The notes under the pieces were generated by a model that was not told where the DNA came from, ran no database searches, and was given only the letters and a program-made list of their open reading frames with translations. Shown one piece after another: positions 36,568 through 47,974 of a stretch of 63,819 nucleotides of DNA; within the stretch, counting starts at the first letter, position 1; every line of letters begins with the position of its first letter. Origin of the DNA: Chara braunii (taxonomy: Eukaryota; Plantae; Charophyceae). The stretch covers positions 1,047,431 to 1,111,249 of the forward strand of contig BFEA01000019.1 of NCBI GenBank assembly GCA_003427395.1, given 5' to 3'. A program made the translations under genes and the position numbers.

Positions 36568-36822
36568 CTAGGTTACCAGACTGGGCCGGGTCCACTTGCC
36601 TGCCCGTGCCGAAGAGGAATAGAAAAAAAATAAATGGAAATTTCATTATTTTTTTTAAAAATGTTTATTTTAATTTGATACAGAATTTCATTGTGACCTT
36701 GAGGCAAAAGTTGTTCATTTTATTTTTCTGTTCTTTTATTTGGCCGGGACCTTCCCTTGTCGTTGGACGGCCGGGTTTCCCGGGAAAATAGGATGACCCG
36801 GCCAGCCGGTCTGGTAGCCTAG
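36568..36822. mobile_element. hAT-type MITE, 255 bp
   Basis: TIRs CTAGGTTACCAGAC/GTCTGGTAGCCTAG; 8-bp TSD AACACGAG/GACACGAG; CCGGG subterminal motifs. Confidence 0.8.
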
Positions 36823-37889
36823 GACACGAGTGATTTCCAAAAAATATCGAAACGCTTCAGAGAGACCTCAGAAGGCATTTCCAAGGTGCAGGCACCTACC
36901 GCCGGTCTCGATCGGCATTTGGAAAGCCCATGATTGGTCTTGTCGATATCAGAAATTCACGATAATGTATAACGAAATTCGCCTGTGGGTGGGTTTTATC
37001 ACACTCAGAATCCTTTTGCTGGAAACTTTGGTTAGTTGTAGATAAATGATTACATGCCAATATTACCAAGAGAATTGAGTACAGCTGTATTTTTTCAATG
37101 CACTGTTTATGAATCCAAAATACGAAGTTGGAGGAATTTCGAAAGTTGTGGGAACTTGTGGAAAGTGCACTCTCCGAACAATGCTAATAGCACAAGGAAA
37201 AGAAAAAAAACAAACAAAACGGTTTCAGTGTCCGCACTGGAAAGGTAGCGGGTGCTTCGAAAGTCTGTGTGGCCAAGGAGGGCGGTTCTTTCGACGAGCA
37301 GTCTTGTGAATGAAGTCTGACATCGACGAGCAGTCTTGTGAATGAAGTCTGACATTTTTTGCAAAATGGCTTCATTCCGAAGGAGGTGCGGTGAGCCCCT
37401 CGTCTAAGGTTCACATTTGAGATTAAACTGTTAACCTGAAACCCATCTCCATCCTACTCCCCTTGTTTGAAGCGAAGTTTGAAGCGAAGTTGTGCGTGAC
37501 TGGCACTGTCTACCCTCCTCCCCTTGCTGTCCTCCGCTGGTCTGTGTCATTGTGCACCGACATACCCCGGTTCGTAAGAAAGAAAAACTTCCGCAGACCT
37601 GCAAATCAGTACAAACCAAGGAAAAAGTTGCGCCGCTATTAATTGAAAAAAAAAACCTACCGTCTTACCAGCTCCCTCTACAACTGCAGCTAATAACCCC
37701 CCCCTTCTATGAACCGTATAACGTCCCCGCTAATTCTAGCTCACCCCCCGATGTGATGGATGCACCTTGTTCAACACTTCTGTTAGTCTCGCGACTCGGT
37801 TTGATAAATATCGAGTGGCAGCATCGAGATCTGAGCCAAATTGAGCAAAAGCAGCTACTACTTCACGATATTGTGGAAGTCCTAGTTTA

Positions 37890-38315
37890 AGAAGTTCATC
37901 TCTGAGTAATTCCTTGAGCTGGGTCTCTGCGTGACTTTCTGGCGAGCCTTGCCTTTCATTGAATCGACACTCGATATTCCTCCAGATGTGGATCACATCG
38001 TGGCGCTGTCCTTCCCACCTGTACCACGTAACCCCATCCTTTGGAAATCGATACATCGTCGGGTACATGCCGCAGCAATATCCACCTTTCTCCTGTCGAC
38101 TGATTTGGAACAGAGTAGATGACTCGGTCGTTCCCTTGCCAGCACTTCCTCTGGATCTAGCCCCCAACCATAGCCACCACTCCTGGATATAGGACATGAC
38201 CACAAAAGGCGGTACATTGTTTCATGGATCCTATGATCGCAGCATAGATCCAATCGCAGCTGTCACAGGACTGCTCGATCTGCATTCCCGGTTTCTCCAG
38301 CCATTTTGCCACTGG
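37890..38315 (-). pseudogene. LINE ORF2 C-terminal (zf-RVT) fragment
   Basis: [42 protein letters not shown] resembles the CxxC...ET..HLLWxCP zinc-binding motif of L1 ORF2. Confidence 0.65.
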
Positions 38316-38499
38316 GTTTTACTACCGTCTTCGCCCGAGTGAAACGCCCGGTCGTTATGGCCGTATTTGGGGCAAAGTCTAGTCCAGGTGCAGAGCCGTA
38401 ATGACCGGACGCTTTCTATTCGGGTGAATACGGTAGTAGAAGCGCTTAACAGGCACCACCCATTTTTCAGACCCATCTGAAACCCCCCAGTAAGTCTAT

Positions 38500-39130
38500 T
38501 TAGGGGAAGATGGTAGGTAGGTGGAGTGGTTAACAGGGACCCCGACTTTTCAGCCAGGGGTTAATCCCTCCCAGCACCTCTTTTCGGGTGGGGTTGGTAG
38601 ATGAAGCATTTAACAGGGGCTCGGACTTTTCAGTCGCAGGTTAACAGCCCAGCAACTACTACCGAGGTAGGTGGTACAGAAGCCAAGCAAGTGAACGACC
38701 TTTTCTGAAGGACCCCTCGGCTACTAGGTGAGACTGAAGACCGGCAAGTGAATCTACCTTTTCTGAAGACGTTAGTCGTGAATTTGATGGGGGTGTATTT
38801 TCGCCTGATCAGTTATGCCTCGTTCACATGGCTCTCACGGCCCTACTTCCAATGAGACCATTTCAAAAAAAAAACAATCAAAAACGCACAGCACACTAGC
38901 CGATAGTAGGGACCCCTACTTTTCAGGCCCATGTTAACCCCCACAGCAACTACTCGAAGCCGGCCAAGTGAATCTGCCTTTTCTGATGAGATATTAAAGC
39001 TCACTATACACAAGCGGTTAACAGGGCCCGCCACGTTTCAGCCTACGCCCACTTTTCAGCCTCAGGTTGGCCCAGCCGGCGACTATTGCCGTAGGTGAGC
39101 TACCTTTTGTGACTCGGAAGAGATTAAAGC
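38500..39130. repeat. Degenerate clustered repeat (TTAACAGGG..GACTTTTCAG..GTTAA..CCCAGCA)
   Basis: Units at ~38529, 38610, 38909, 39018. Confidence 0.7.
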
Positions 39131-42100
39131 CAACAGTTCCCAGCGACGTCAGCAAATGTTTCCTCGTTCGCTTTATCAGGTGCGTCACTGCCTTTCGCTC
39201 CACTTGCGGGCCATTCTTACATCTCTAGTACTTCTTGCATACGACGCTTTGCTGAGGAAGGAAAAGCACCGTTCACTCGAGGTATCGGTATATGGCTATT
39301 GTCGGTTAGTTATGTGCGTAACTGGAAGATCGAAAGCTTATTATAGAGACTTTGAAATATCTCGTCATACATTTCGGGAGATGGCTCATCCTTGTTTATT
39401 ACCTGGACTTACTAAATCAAGTTGGTAAAAAAATTGGAAAAAAGGAACTACATAAAAAATACCTACAGATATATAAATAGAATTATTTAATAATATAGAT
39501 TAATAGAAAAATTCATAGTCGTGAACACTCCTTACAGCTTTAATAGGCCTCGTTCCACTACGGAGTCGCTAAAGAAAACCGAGGAGAGCGATGTGGTCGC
39601 CTCAAACTGTCTAGGAGGTAGGAAGGAACACAGCCAGGGTTAGGGGCTTTCGGACACATAGTGAAGCAGCGAGGTAGTCGTCTGACACGGCAAAGAGTTT
39701 ATCGGCGAACAACCGAACCTTTGGAACCTCGATCTTACACCCTTACGGCTGGTGTAAGACTATGCCGTGACCATGCGGAATAGGATATAGGATGATTAGG
39801 TTGAACCTCCTCTAGTACTTGGGACCGAGGAGGAAAAAAGTACAGCGGAGAAATGTTTTTAGCGGGTTGAATTTGGGCGCTCCTGTAGTGGACCGTACAT
39901 ACGTTTCCTAATATTGTGGCCTGTTAACGGGCACGACTTTAAACCACCAGTACTTGGGCACTGCGCGCCGCGCCGGCCGCACCTGTTTTCAAGCGGCGCG
40001 GGCTGTCGATACGAAACTGGTGGTTCCAACTCCCGCTTTGGAGGAATGCGAGAATGTGAATTCCATTACTTGGGGAAATCCCAAAAAATGGCTGCCTCGA
40101 ATAGATAAAATTTCCAGTCCAACTCCAGCCCTTGATGAAAATGGCATGTGCGGCGTTAAGACCGTCGAGAGATCACTTGGATTTCTAGTCCTGGCCGATG
40201 CATCCCTTTGGAAGCTTTTTTTTATTATTATTTTAAATGGACTTTATCAAGGGAGGTTAAAATGACGTCCGTGACTTCACAATTCAACCAGGAGTCGCTC
40301 TGGCAGCGCTAGCCAGTTTTACGAATCAGCTTTGCTTGCCTAGGATTGTGCCTTGCAGATCTAGGCACAGAAGCAGCCAACTCTGGGCTACTGTCCTGAA
40401 ACCACACTCCCCATCAAGAAAAAAGCAACATGCCACAAACGACACCAAACCAAACCAAACCGTCAGAAATGAAAGTCAACCGCCCGTCAAAATGGAACTA
40501 CCGTCATCTCTGTATTTAGACTGGTGGTTGTCCCAATACAGCTATAATGATAGGGCGTTCTATTCGGTTGAGGATGACAGCCTCCAATACCGTACAGAAA
40601 AAGAAAGAACAAAAATAAAAAACGAGAATTCCCCGTACGTCCCAATCAAAAGATATGTGAATATTCACTCGCGTTTTTGTCCTATATATATGCCATCCTG
40701 CTAACATTTCTACCCAATCAGACCAAATTACCCTCATTTTTTTTTTTTAAAAGTTGTCTTCTACTTATTGGGGGATGGCTATTGTAACTCGTAATGGTAG
40801 GTAGTGACAAGTAAAGGATATGTGCGCACCTTGTCCCGAAAAATTGCTGGAAACCTTGTCCCACAAGAAGTCAGGAAAATGCCTTAGAAAAGCGTTCCTA
40901 TCATTTTTTGTGCCCTAGCCAGATGCAGGGTGGATGTGACGACGGCGAAAAAAAATGAGGAACGATTCTGAGGACTTTGAAACAGCGTAGACCGACCCAG
41001 AACCAGCCGATGGATTTAGTGCGAGGCTATGCAAAGGATCTTGCCTTTTGTGGGGCCAATCACCAGCACACAACCGAGAGAGTCCCAGGAAATGCCTTGG
41101 CTCGTCCTCTATAGAGTCATATCTCCTTTTCAAAAAGTTCTACCAGCTGAGCTGCCTTTTGGCTGTAGATTCATTGGAATAGTCCTTTCTGAAGTGAGAG
41201 TAACAAGCCACAATTTTGGGACGCGTAAGGGCCACTACAGGCGAGCCAAAAGTAATTCTACTGGAAATTTTTGTAATCTATTTTTGTCGGCCGTCAATAG
41301 TTGGCGCAAGTACCGGTGTTTTAAGCGTGTACATATGTCTACTGCGTGGAGGGCCCACTTGTAAAGAGGAAGTGCATCGGACAGTTTAATCGTGACATAT
41401 GTTTAAAGAAAATGGGAATGAATGTGCTTTTCCTGAGTCTTTGATATGTAGCAGATTGGAAAAAACCTGGCCGTTTTCTTGCATCTCTGCGTACAACATA
41501 TGGACATTTAGGCGCTTAATCCAATTCTCTTTTCTAGTCCGACCGACGGAAGGATGTGATAAATTGATGACTTTTTGAACCACGAGCTGATGTCTGTGCA
41601 ATGTTCATCCTTTTGTAGGAAACTGCGACCAGCCCCGGGTTTGACCTAGGGGCAGTAGAGCATCAGCAAGGTGGGACAACAAAAGAATAGTGTGGTACAT
41701 TGTGAAGTTCCATTGACGATATCCAATGATGACTTTGTATGGGCAAGTAATTCAGTAGTGAATAAAAATGAATCATGCCAACGAAATGGGAAGATTCATC
41801 AGGCATTGGAGAAAAAGAAGAGATGTAGATACTTTTATGTTGTGAGTGTTGTTGTTTTTGGATGTGGTGACCTTTGTGAGTTGTGCACTGCTTCAACGTT
41901 CGATGACTCGGTTATGGATATATATGATATGATAGCTATCATGCGAAAGCGTCAGGCCAAGGGGGTAATACTATTGAAGCTTTTCGGTTATAATAGTTTA
42001 CTAACAAAAAACCAAAACCACACATATGCCTATAATTAACCAATTACTTCATCAGAGTAGAGAATTAAAATGACGTATGCTACATTCGAGAGCTTCACAT

Positions 42101-43494
42101 ACAAGAGTATGCCTTTGTGTGTTTACAAGAAACAATCTAACTTTATTCGAAATATTTAAAAAAACAAAAAACGTAGTGCATTTAAATAGATATCGGAAGT
42201 ATTTATATGGAAGTGTTTCGAGCATCCCATTTCATCCGAAACACGTGGGCTATTACTAAGTACTTTTAGTAATCAGACTGAAGAAGGTGAACAAAATGTC
42301 TATTTTGGCAATAATCCTTTAGCTATTGCTGTTCTATTTTTATTTGTGGTTACTTTATCGGTTTTATTTTGTGGTCATCTTTGGTCTTTCATTATCTTTA
42401 TTTATTTGGCTTTTTAGTTAAATTTCAAACTCGTGGATTTTATTTTTTGAGTGTTTAATTACATTAAGCCGAAGGTATCGCTTTAGAATATTTTTTAGTG
42501 TATTTTGAACTAATTTTTTATTGCTTTGCTTCACTAAATAACATTTGACGGCCCCATAAATAAAATTTTACCTATATTGTGTTTTTGTAAGTTTTGGTAG
42601 TTTTAGTTCAGGGTTAATTAAATATCGAGGGACAATTTTAAAATCTGAGCCAAGTTGAGCAAAAGCGGCCTTCACCATATTGTGCGAGATCTAGTGTAGG
42701 ACACTATGGAAATGACTCTTGCGGAGCGTATTCACTAGTGCCTTACATGTTGTGTCGCCTCAGTCATGTGTTAGGAGTACCTATTAATGCAAAATATGGT
42801 TCAAGGGTTGTAGAGTGAAGAAGTGTAGTTATTTGAATTATGTGATGTAAACATGTAATGAAAACGTGTAATGAATCAATGCAGTAAGGATATATATCAG
42901 CCATAAATATAGTCTTGTTCCAATAGGTTGTGGTCAATAGTAACATATTATTGGAGATAGGTAAATAGGTAGGATTAATATAAGCATAGACTATTCATTT
43001 TTTATTTTGTATTATATGTTTTTGTTTTTTCGATGAGGCCGTAAGAGGTCACAGACTGCTTCACAAGGTGATTGAGAATTATTATGCAACACATACAAAG
43101 GGATGCACAAGGTAGGGAATGGCATATTCAAAATAGTCGAAGCTGATAAAGTCACTGAAGTCGCTAAGGTGGTTTATGACATTGGTGAATTGGAGTGAAA
43201 TTAAGTAGAAGTGCAAAATGTTGACATTGTGAAAAAGATGATGATGAAGTATATGATACGGTAAGTTAGTGGTAAGAGATAGGTAAGTGATGAGAGAGTT
43301 AGTCGTCGAGACGTCGAGGAGGTCGACGAGTGTGTAGCACACGTGTAAAGGCGTCTGTTTTCTATTGAGGAACGACCTTTAGAGGGAGTGGAATCACTTT
43401 CAACAATGTTAGAGGAGGAAGAGGGTTAGTCGACTGATTAGGAGCATATGTCTTAGGGAGATGAGCATGATTATATGCACGCATCACCATTTGA

Positions 43495-45765
43495 ATGTGC
43501 TCCAAGTGCTTGAGAGACTCCCCAGTAGTCTTCTTATCAAGATAGCCCTTCCAGCATACAAGGTACTCAATCTGTGGAGCGGTATTCTCGGTAACTCGGT
43601 GAGATATGATGTTTGAAAGGACGAACCCCTCTTAATCGTCCACCGTGATAGGTGGTAACTCGGTGAGATACGATGTTCGAAAGAACGAACCCCGCTTGAT
43701 CCACCGTGATAGGTGGATGGCGCTCTCAAGGGCGTTTGGCGAAGCACTCAGACGGTTGGCAATAAGCAATGAGAAAAAAGTTGTATACACATCGTGTACG
43801 GAACGCTCTCGAGGATAATCAGGTAGCTTCACAGAGAAGCTGACCAGATTATGGACAACATTATAATCGATGGCCTGAAGGATGCGGCATGGACCGAAGA
43901 AGCGATGTCTGACCTTGTGAAGCGTAGCCGCTTCGAGATGCGAGTGGCATGCTTTGATGATACATCATCGTTTATTAAAAATTAATGATTTATTCGTGAT
44001 CCGTTCGCTTGTGTGGCCATGTGATTCTGAGAGTCGGTTAGACTCTCGTGTGGACGCTTCGTAATCGTCGCCATGTGGAAGATGCAGGCGTCGAGTGTCT
44101 GAGAGTAACGGCAACGCTCATAGGAAATTAACGGGTACGCGAGGGTGGTAGCCGACGTTTCATAGAATGGCGACATCCCTGTGGCTGGCGAAACGGCGTG
44201 CTTGTATGCATTCTTTGCGTGGGCTAAGTGCAAGTTTCACTACTGGTCATCCCTGATAAACATTTGGAGGATATTATCGAGAGTCTTATTGGTGATCCCA
44301 TTCTCACCATGCATATGACGCAGGCACGATGCGAGAAGCGGACTTGAGATCCGTATATCTCTTGTAAGCTTTGTCAGAATGTGTTGGTAAAGTGCGAATC
44401 ACGGTCGGAGATGATCCTTTGAGGTAAGCCGCGATCTCTCTCGATTCCGATGAGGACGATGCCAGTGACCTCATGAGCGCTAGATAGTGGCACGAGACAA
44501 AACGTGCATGTTTGTGAAGTGATCGACACGACCGTTTTAGCATTATGACCGCCTTCAGTGAGAGGGTGGAGGGGATCAACGAAATCCATTGAGATAGAGC
44601 ACCAATGAGCCTTAGGTATGAGTAGAGGCTGAAGTAACGCACACGGAAGGTTGTTCATAATGTTCACCTCCCTGCAAGTAAGACACTCCTAAATGTAGGT
44701 TTTGACGAAGTCCTTGGAGTTCGACCAGACGTATAGGCGGCAAACATGGACCAACGTTTTGTGTAAACCCATATGATCGACAACTGCCTGATCATGAAAC
44801 ACTGTTACGGTCTGGGCGCGAAACTGTTAAGTGGAGGGAACGCATATACGTGGTTTGAGCTGACAAAGTCTACCATTTCAGTACACTAGACCGTTCTCAG
44901 CAAAGAGTTCATGGTCTTGCCACTCCGCTATGTCGCATGAATGCCGCAATAATCCGTGCAGTGACGGTACAAAGTGTGATATGCATTGATCACCGACTGA
45001 TTAATGGTGACGACCGAGATGGCAGCCAGGTGGAAAGGTTTCTAATGACAGGATAAGGCATCGATGACGCGGTTCATTTCATCCTGTATAGGTTGAATGA
45101 TGAGATGAAACTGAACTCAGATAAATCACGGCACCAGGTTGCATGACGAGGGGAAAGCGTGGGCTTCTTGAGGAACTCTGAACAACTGAGTTGTTCGTGC
45201 GAACCATGAAGGGTGCCCTGTGCAAATAATGACTTAGTACTAGGTAACATAAACTATGACGAGAACCTCATGTTTATCGATAGTGTAGTTTATCTCAGCA
45301 GACAGTAGTTGACGAGAGTAAAAGGTGAGTGGGCAGTCCTGAACACGAATCTCGGCAGTCCCACTCTCTGCGATGGTCAGAGAGGAAGTGACGTGAAGAC
45401 TGCTAGTGGAGGGAAGTGGTGGAAGGATAAACGTCAACCGAGAAGTAGTGTCAGCAGGAGTGGGGGAAGTAAGAAACATGAGGATAAGGAAAATCAGGAG
45501 GAGTGAGAAGTATCTGAGGAAGTACAACTCCTATTACAAAGCCGGATGCATCAGTGGTGACTATGAAGGGACAATCAAAATCGGAGAGACAAATAACCGA
45601 CGCATAAGTTACCTTCTTGAGGGTGCGAAAAACATCATTGTAGATGGGTGTTCAAAAGTATGGCGAGTTTTTCCGAAGGATGGTGGAGGTAAGGATGCAG
45701 GAATACCTACCGTATCCTTGGATGAAATTACTACAGTAAGTAGTGCAACAGAGGAAACTGCAGAG
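43495..45765 (-). mobile_element. Decayed Ty3/Gypsy chromovirus pol (RT thumb, RNase H, integrase, chromodomain)
   Basis: In order on the minus strand: LCSFL..YCSNFIQGYG (RT end); DFDCPFIVTTDASGFVIGVVL and PLTFYSRQLLSAEINY (RNase H); HDQ..HMGLHKT..CLTC (IN zinc finger); WCSISMDFV..GLPQRIISDRD (IN core); IEYLVCWKGY..TGESLKHL (chromodomain). Confidence 0.88.
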
Positions 45766-47974
45766 TTGATTTTCCGCCTTTACTACCTCAAGAGTTTCTA
45801 TCGCCGTCAGAATGTTAAAAAATATTGACCTGCCCTGGACAAAAGCCCCCTGATAGTTTTCCACTAACCTTGGTAGAATTCTCCCTAACCGTAACGCCAA
45901 CGTCTTTGCCAGGATTTTGTAATCCACGATCAAGATTGAGATAGGCCTGTAGTTCTGAACGTTAGCCTTATCACCCTTCTTGAACACAAGTGAAATGTGT
46001 GTCATTACCTCCCCCAACCGACTGCCAGTCAACACCTCGTTGAATACTTCCACCAAGGCTGGGCCCAACGCCTCCCAGCAGGTTCTATAAAATTCTACAG
46101 TCAACCCATCTATCCCCGGGCACTTATCGGATGCCATTTCCTTCGCTGTTTGACTCAGTTCCTCTACCGTTATCGGACTGTCCAATGCCAACTTCTCTTC
46201 ATTAGACAGTAGAACTTCAGTGTTGTTCCACATATCTGATTCTCGTGACAGATCCGAGGATGCGGAGCTGCCCCTGATAGTTTTTCACTAACCTCGGTAG
46301 AATTCTCCCTAACCGTAACGCCAACGTCTTTGCCAGGATTTTGTAATCCACGTTCAAGACTGAGATAGGCCTGTAGTTCTAAGCGATAGCCTTATCACCC
46401 TTCTTGAACACAAGTGAAATGACTCCATGTGTCATTACCTCCCCCAACCGACTGCCAGTCAACACCTCGTTGAATACTTCCACCAAGGCTGGGCCCAACG
46501 CCTCCCAGCAGGTTCTATAAAATTCTACAGTTAACCCATCTATCCCCAGGCACTTATCGGATGCCATTTCCTTCGCTGTTTGACTCAGTTCCTCTACCGT
46601 TATCGGACTGTCCAATGCCAACTTCTCTTCATTAGACAGTAGAACTTCAGTGTTGTTCCACATATCTGATTCTTGTGACAGATCCGAGGATGCGGAGCTG
46701 CTACCCCTTCGTGAAGTCAGGATGTCTGCGTAGTACAGACGTGCGTACTCCATCATGCCGCTCGCCGTCTCGGCTCCGTAGTGCGGCATCGAACGGATGT
46801 TTCAGCTCGACCACTTGCTGAAATGCGCTGCTCGGTAAGAGTTTCCTGAAAGTTTCTTTCATGAGTCGGTCCTGAACTACTATCCCTTTGATGATCAGGA
46901 ATTCTTTTCAAGCAGCCTGTTTCGTTGCCTGCAGGCCCTCCCATTCTGCCATCCTGCGTTCCCTTTCCGCTGCCCAGACCAGTTCTGAGATTGGGTGGGC
47001 TTCCATTCTCCTTTCCGCTTCCTCCACCCTCTTCTTACACTTTTCATCCTCAACATTTCTTCCTTTGGCCAGGATTCTTGAGAAGATACTCATCATGGCA
47101 TTGCATGAAATGATCGGCAGACCTCCATCCAACCATTCTGCCGTAGACTGAAAGAACTGCCTTACCGACTTCCAGGAAACCATATGTTCCTCCACCCAAC
47201 GTTTCAAACCAGAATCTTTGAGGTTCAATGAGTTTAGCTTGAAATAGCCCTTTCCTCTCACCACAGATGGGGAAAGATACATCTCCGCCAGTATCGGGCG
47301 ATGGTCTGACATCGGGTGAAGCAGTGGTCTGGTCGTTGTTATGCCCTGCAACAGCAAAGTGGTGGTGAGGAAGTAGTCCAATCGTCTGCGGGTCACATCT
47401 CCTCCTTCTCGTCTGATGTTGGAAAACCACGGAAACCCGGAGTCTGTAGGGTTTAACGAGCGATAGGGGTCTGTCAGGCCTAATTCCTGCATCAGGTCCA
47501 ACAGAGCTACTACATTCTGCCTGCCAGCCGTGCGCGTCCCCTCCGTCAAGGCTTCGTCTAGCGAGACATTCTTGGTATGGCAGGCAGCAACGTCCTGAAG
47601 AATGAGGCTCTAGAGCTTGGGTCTGCTGGCACATATACCGTCATTATGACCCATTCTGTATTTTCGGACTGAAGCTTGAACCAGGCCCACCGGCCCCACA
47701 GATCTGTCTCCGAGTCCACTACATGTGTCTGTAAGGAACGGTGAAGTAAGATGCCCACTCCGCCCCTCATTCCTTGAGTCGGAGACCAGATTTGCGGCCC
47801 ATCCCACCAGTCAACCCCTAATCCCAGTTTGTCCTCATCGAACTTCGTTTCCTGCATACACAGGATGTCAACCTGATTGTGGAAAACCCATGACTTAATC
47901 CGACTCTTCTTCCTCCTCCGTGATGAATCCCCCAAGCCCCTGACATTCCACGAGGCCAAGGACAATTTAAGCAT
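45766..47974 (-). pseudogene. LINE ORF2 (AP endonuclease + N-terminal RT), disrupted
   Basis: LASWNVRGL, DILCMQETK, TVYVP, RRRLDYFL, MSDHRP (APE); KCPGIDGLTVEFY, NYRPISIL..DYKILAK, QGAFVQGRSI (RT). Confidence 0.92.
45847..46700. repeat. Tandem duplication inside the LINE RT (424 bp + 430 bp)
   Basis: 45847-46270 and 46271-46700 are colinear, with several substitutions and a 6-nt indel (VMTHIS versus VMTHGVIS). Confidence 0.93.

Larger units (their letters stand above)
34843..39941. mobile_element. ~5.1-kb composite element bounded by ~70-bp imperfect inverted repeats; inner part resembles CACTA termini (34892/39890)
   Basis: TAGAGTCGTGCCGGTTAA..GTACGG..TACTATAGGAGCGCGCCCAAAAT versus ATTTGGGCGCTCCTGTAGTG..CCGTAC..TTAACGGGCACGACTTTA. 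Confidence 0.6.

Noticed and set aside
40830-41330. Possible LINE ORF2 relic on the minus strand (RHFLG, FLWDKV)
   Set aside because: Only two short motif echoes in a heavily decayed region; not supportable without a translated search
41671-42039. Cys-rich KKRCRY..GCGDLCELC segment resembling a piggyBac C-terminal domain
   Set aside because: Spacing is imperfect and no DDD core or TTAA-bounded TIRs were found; too weak to call
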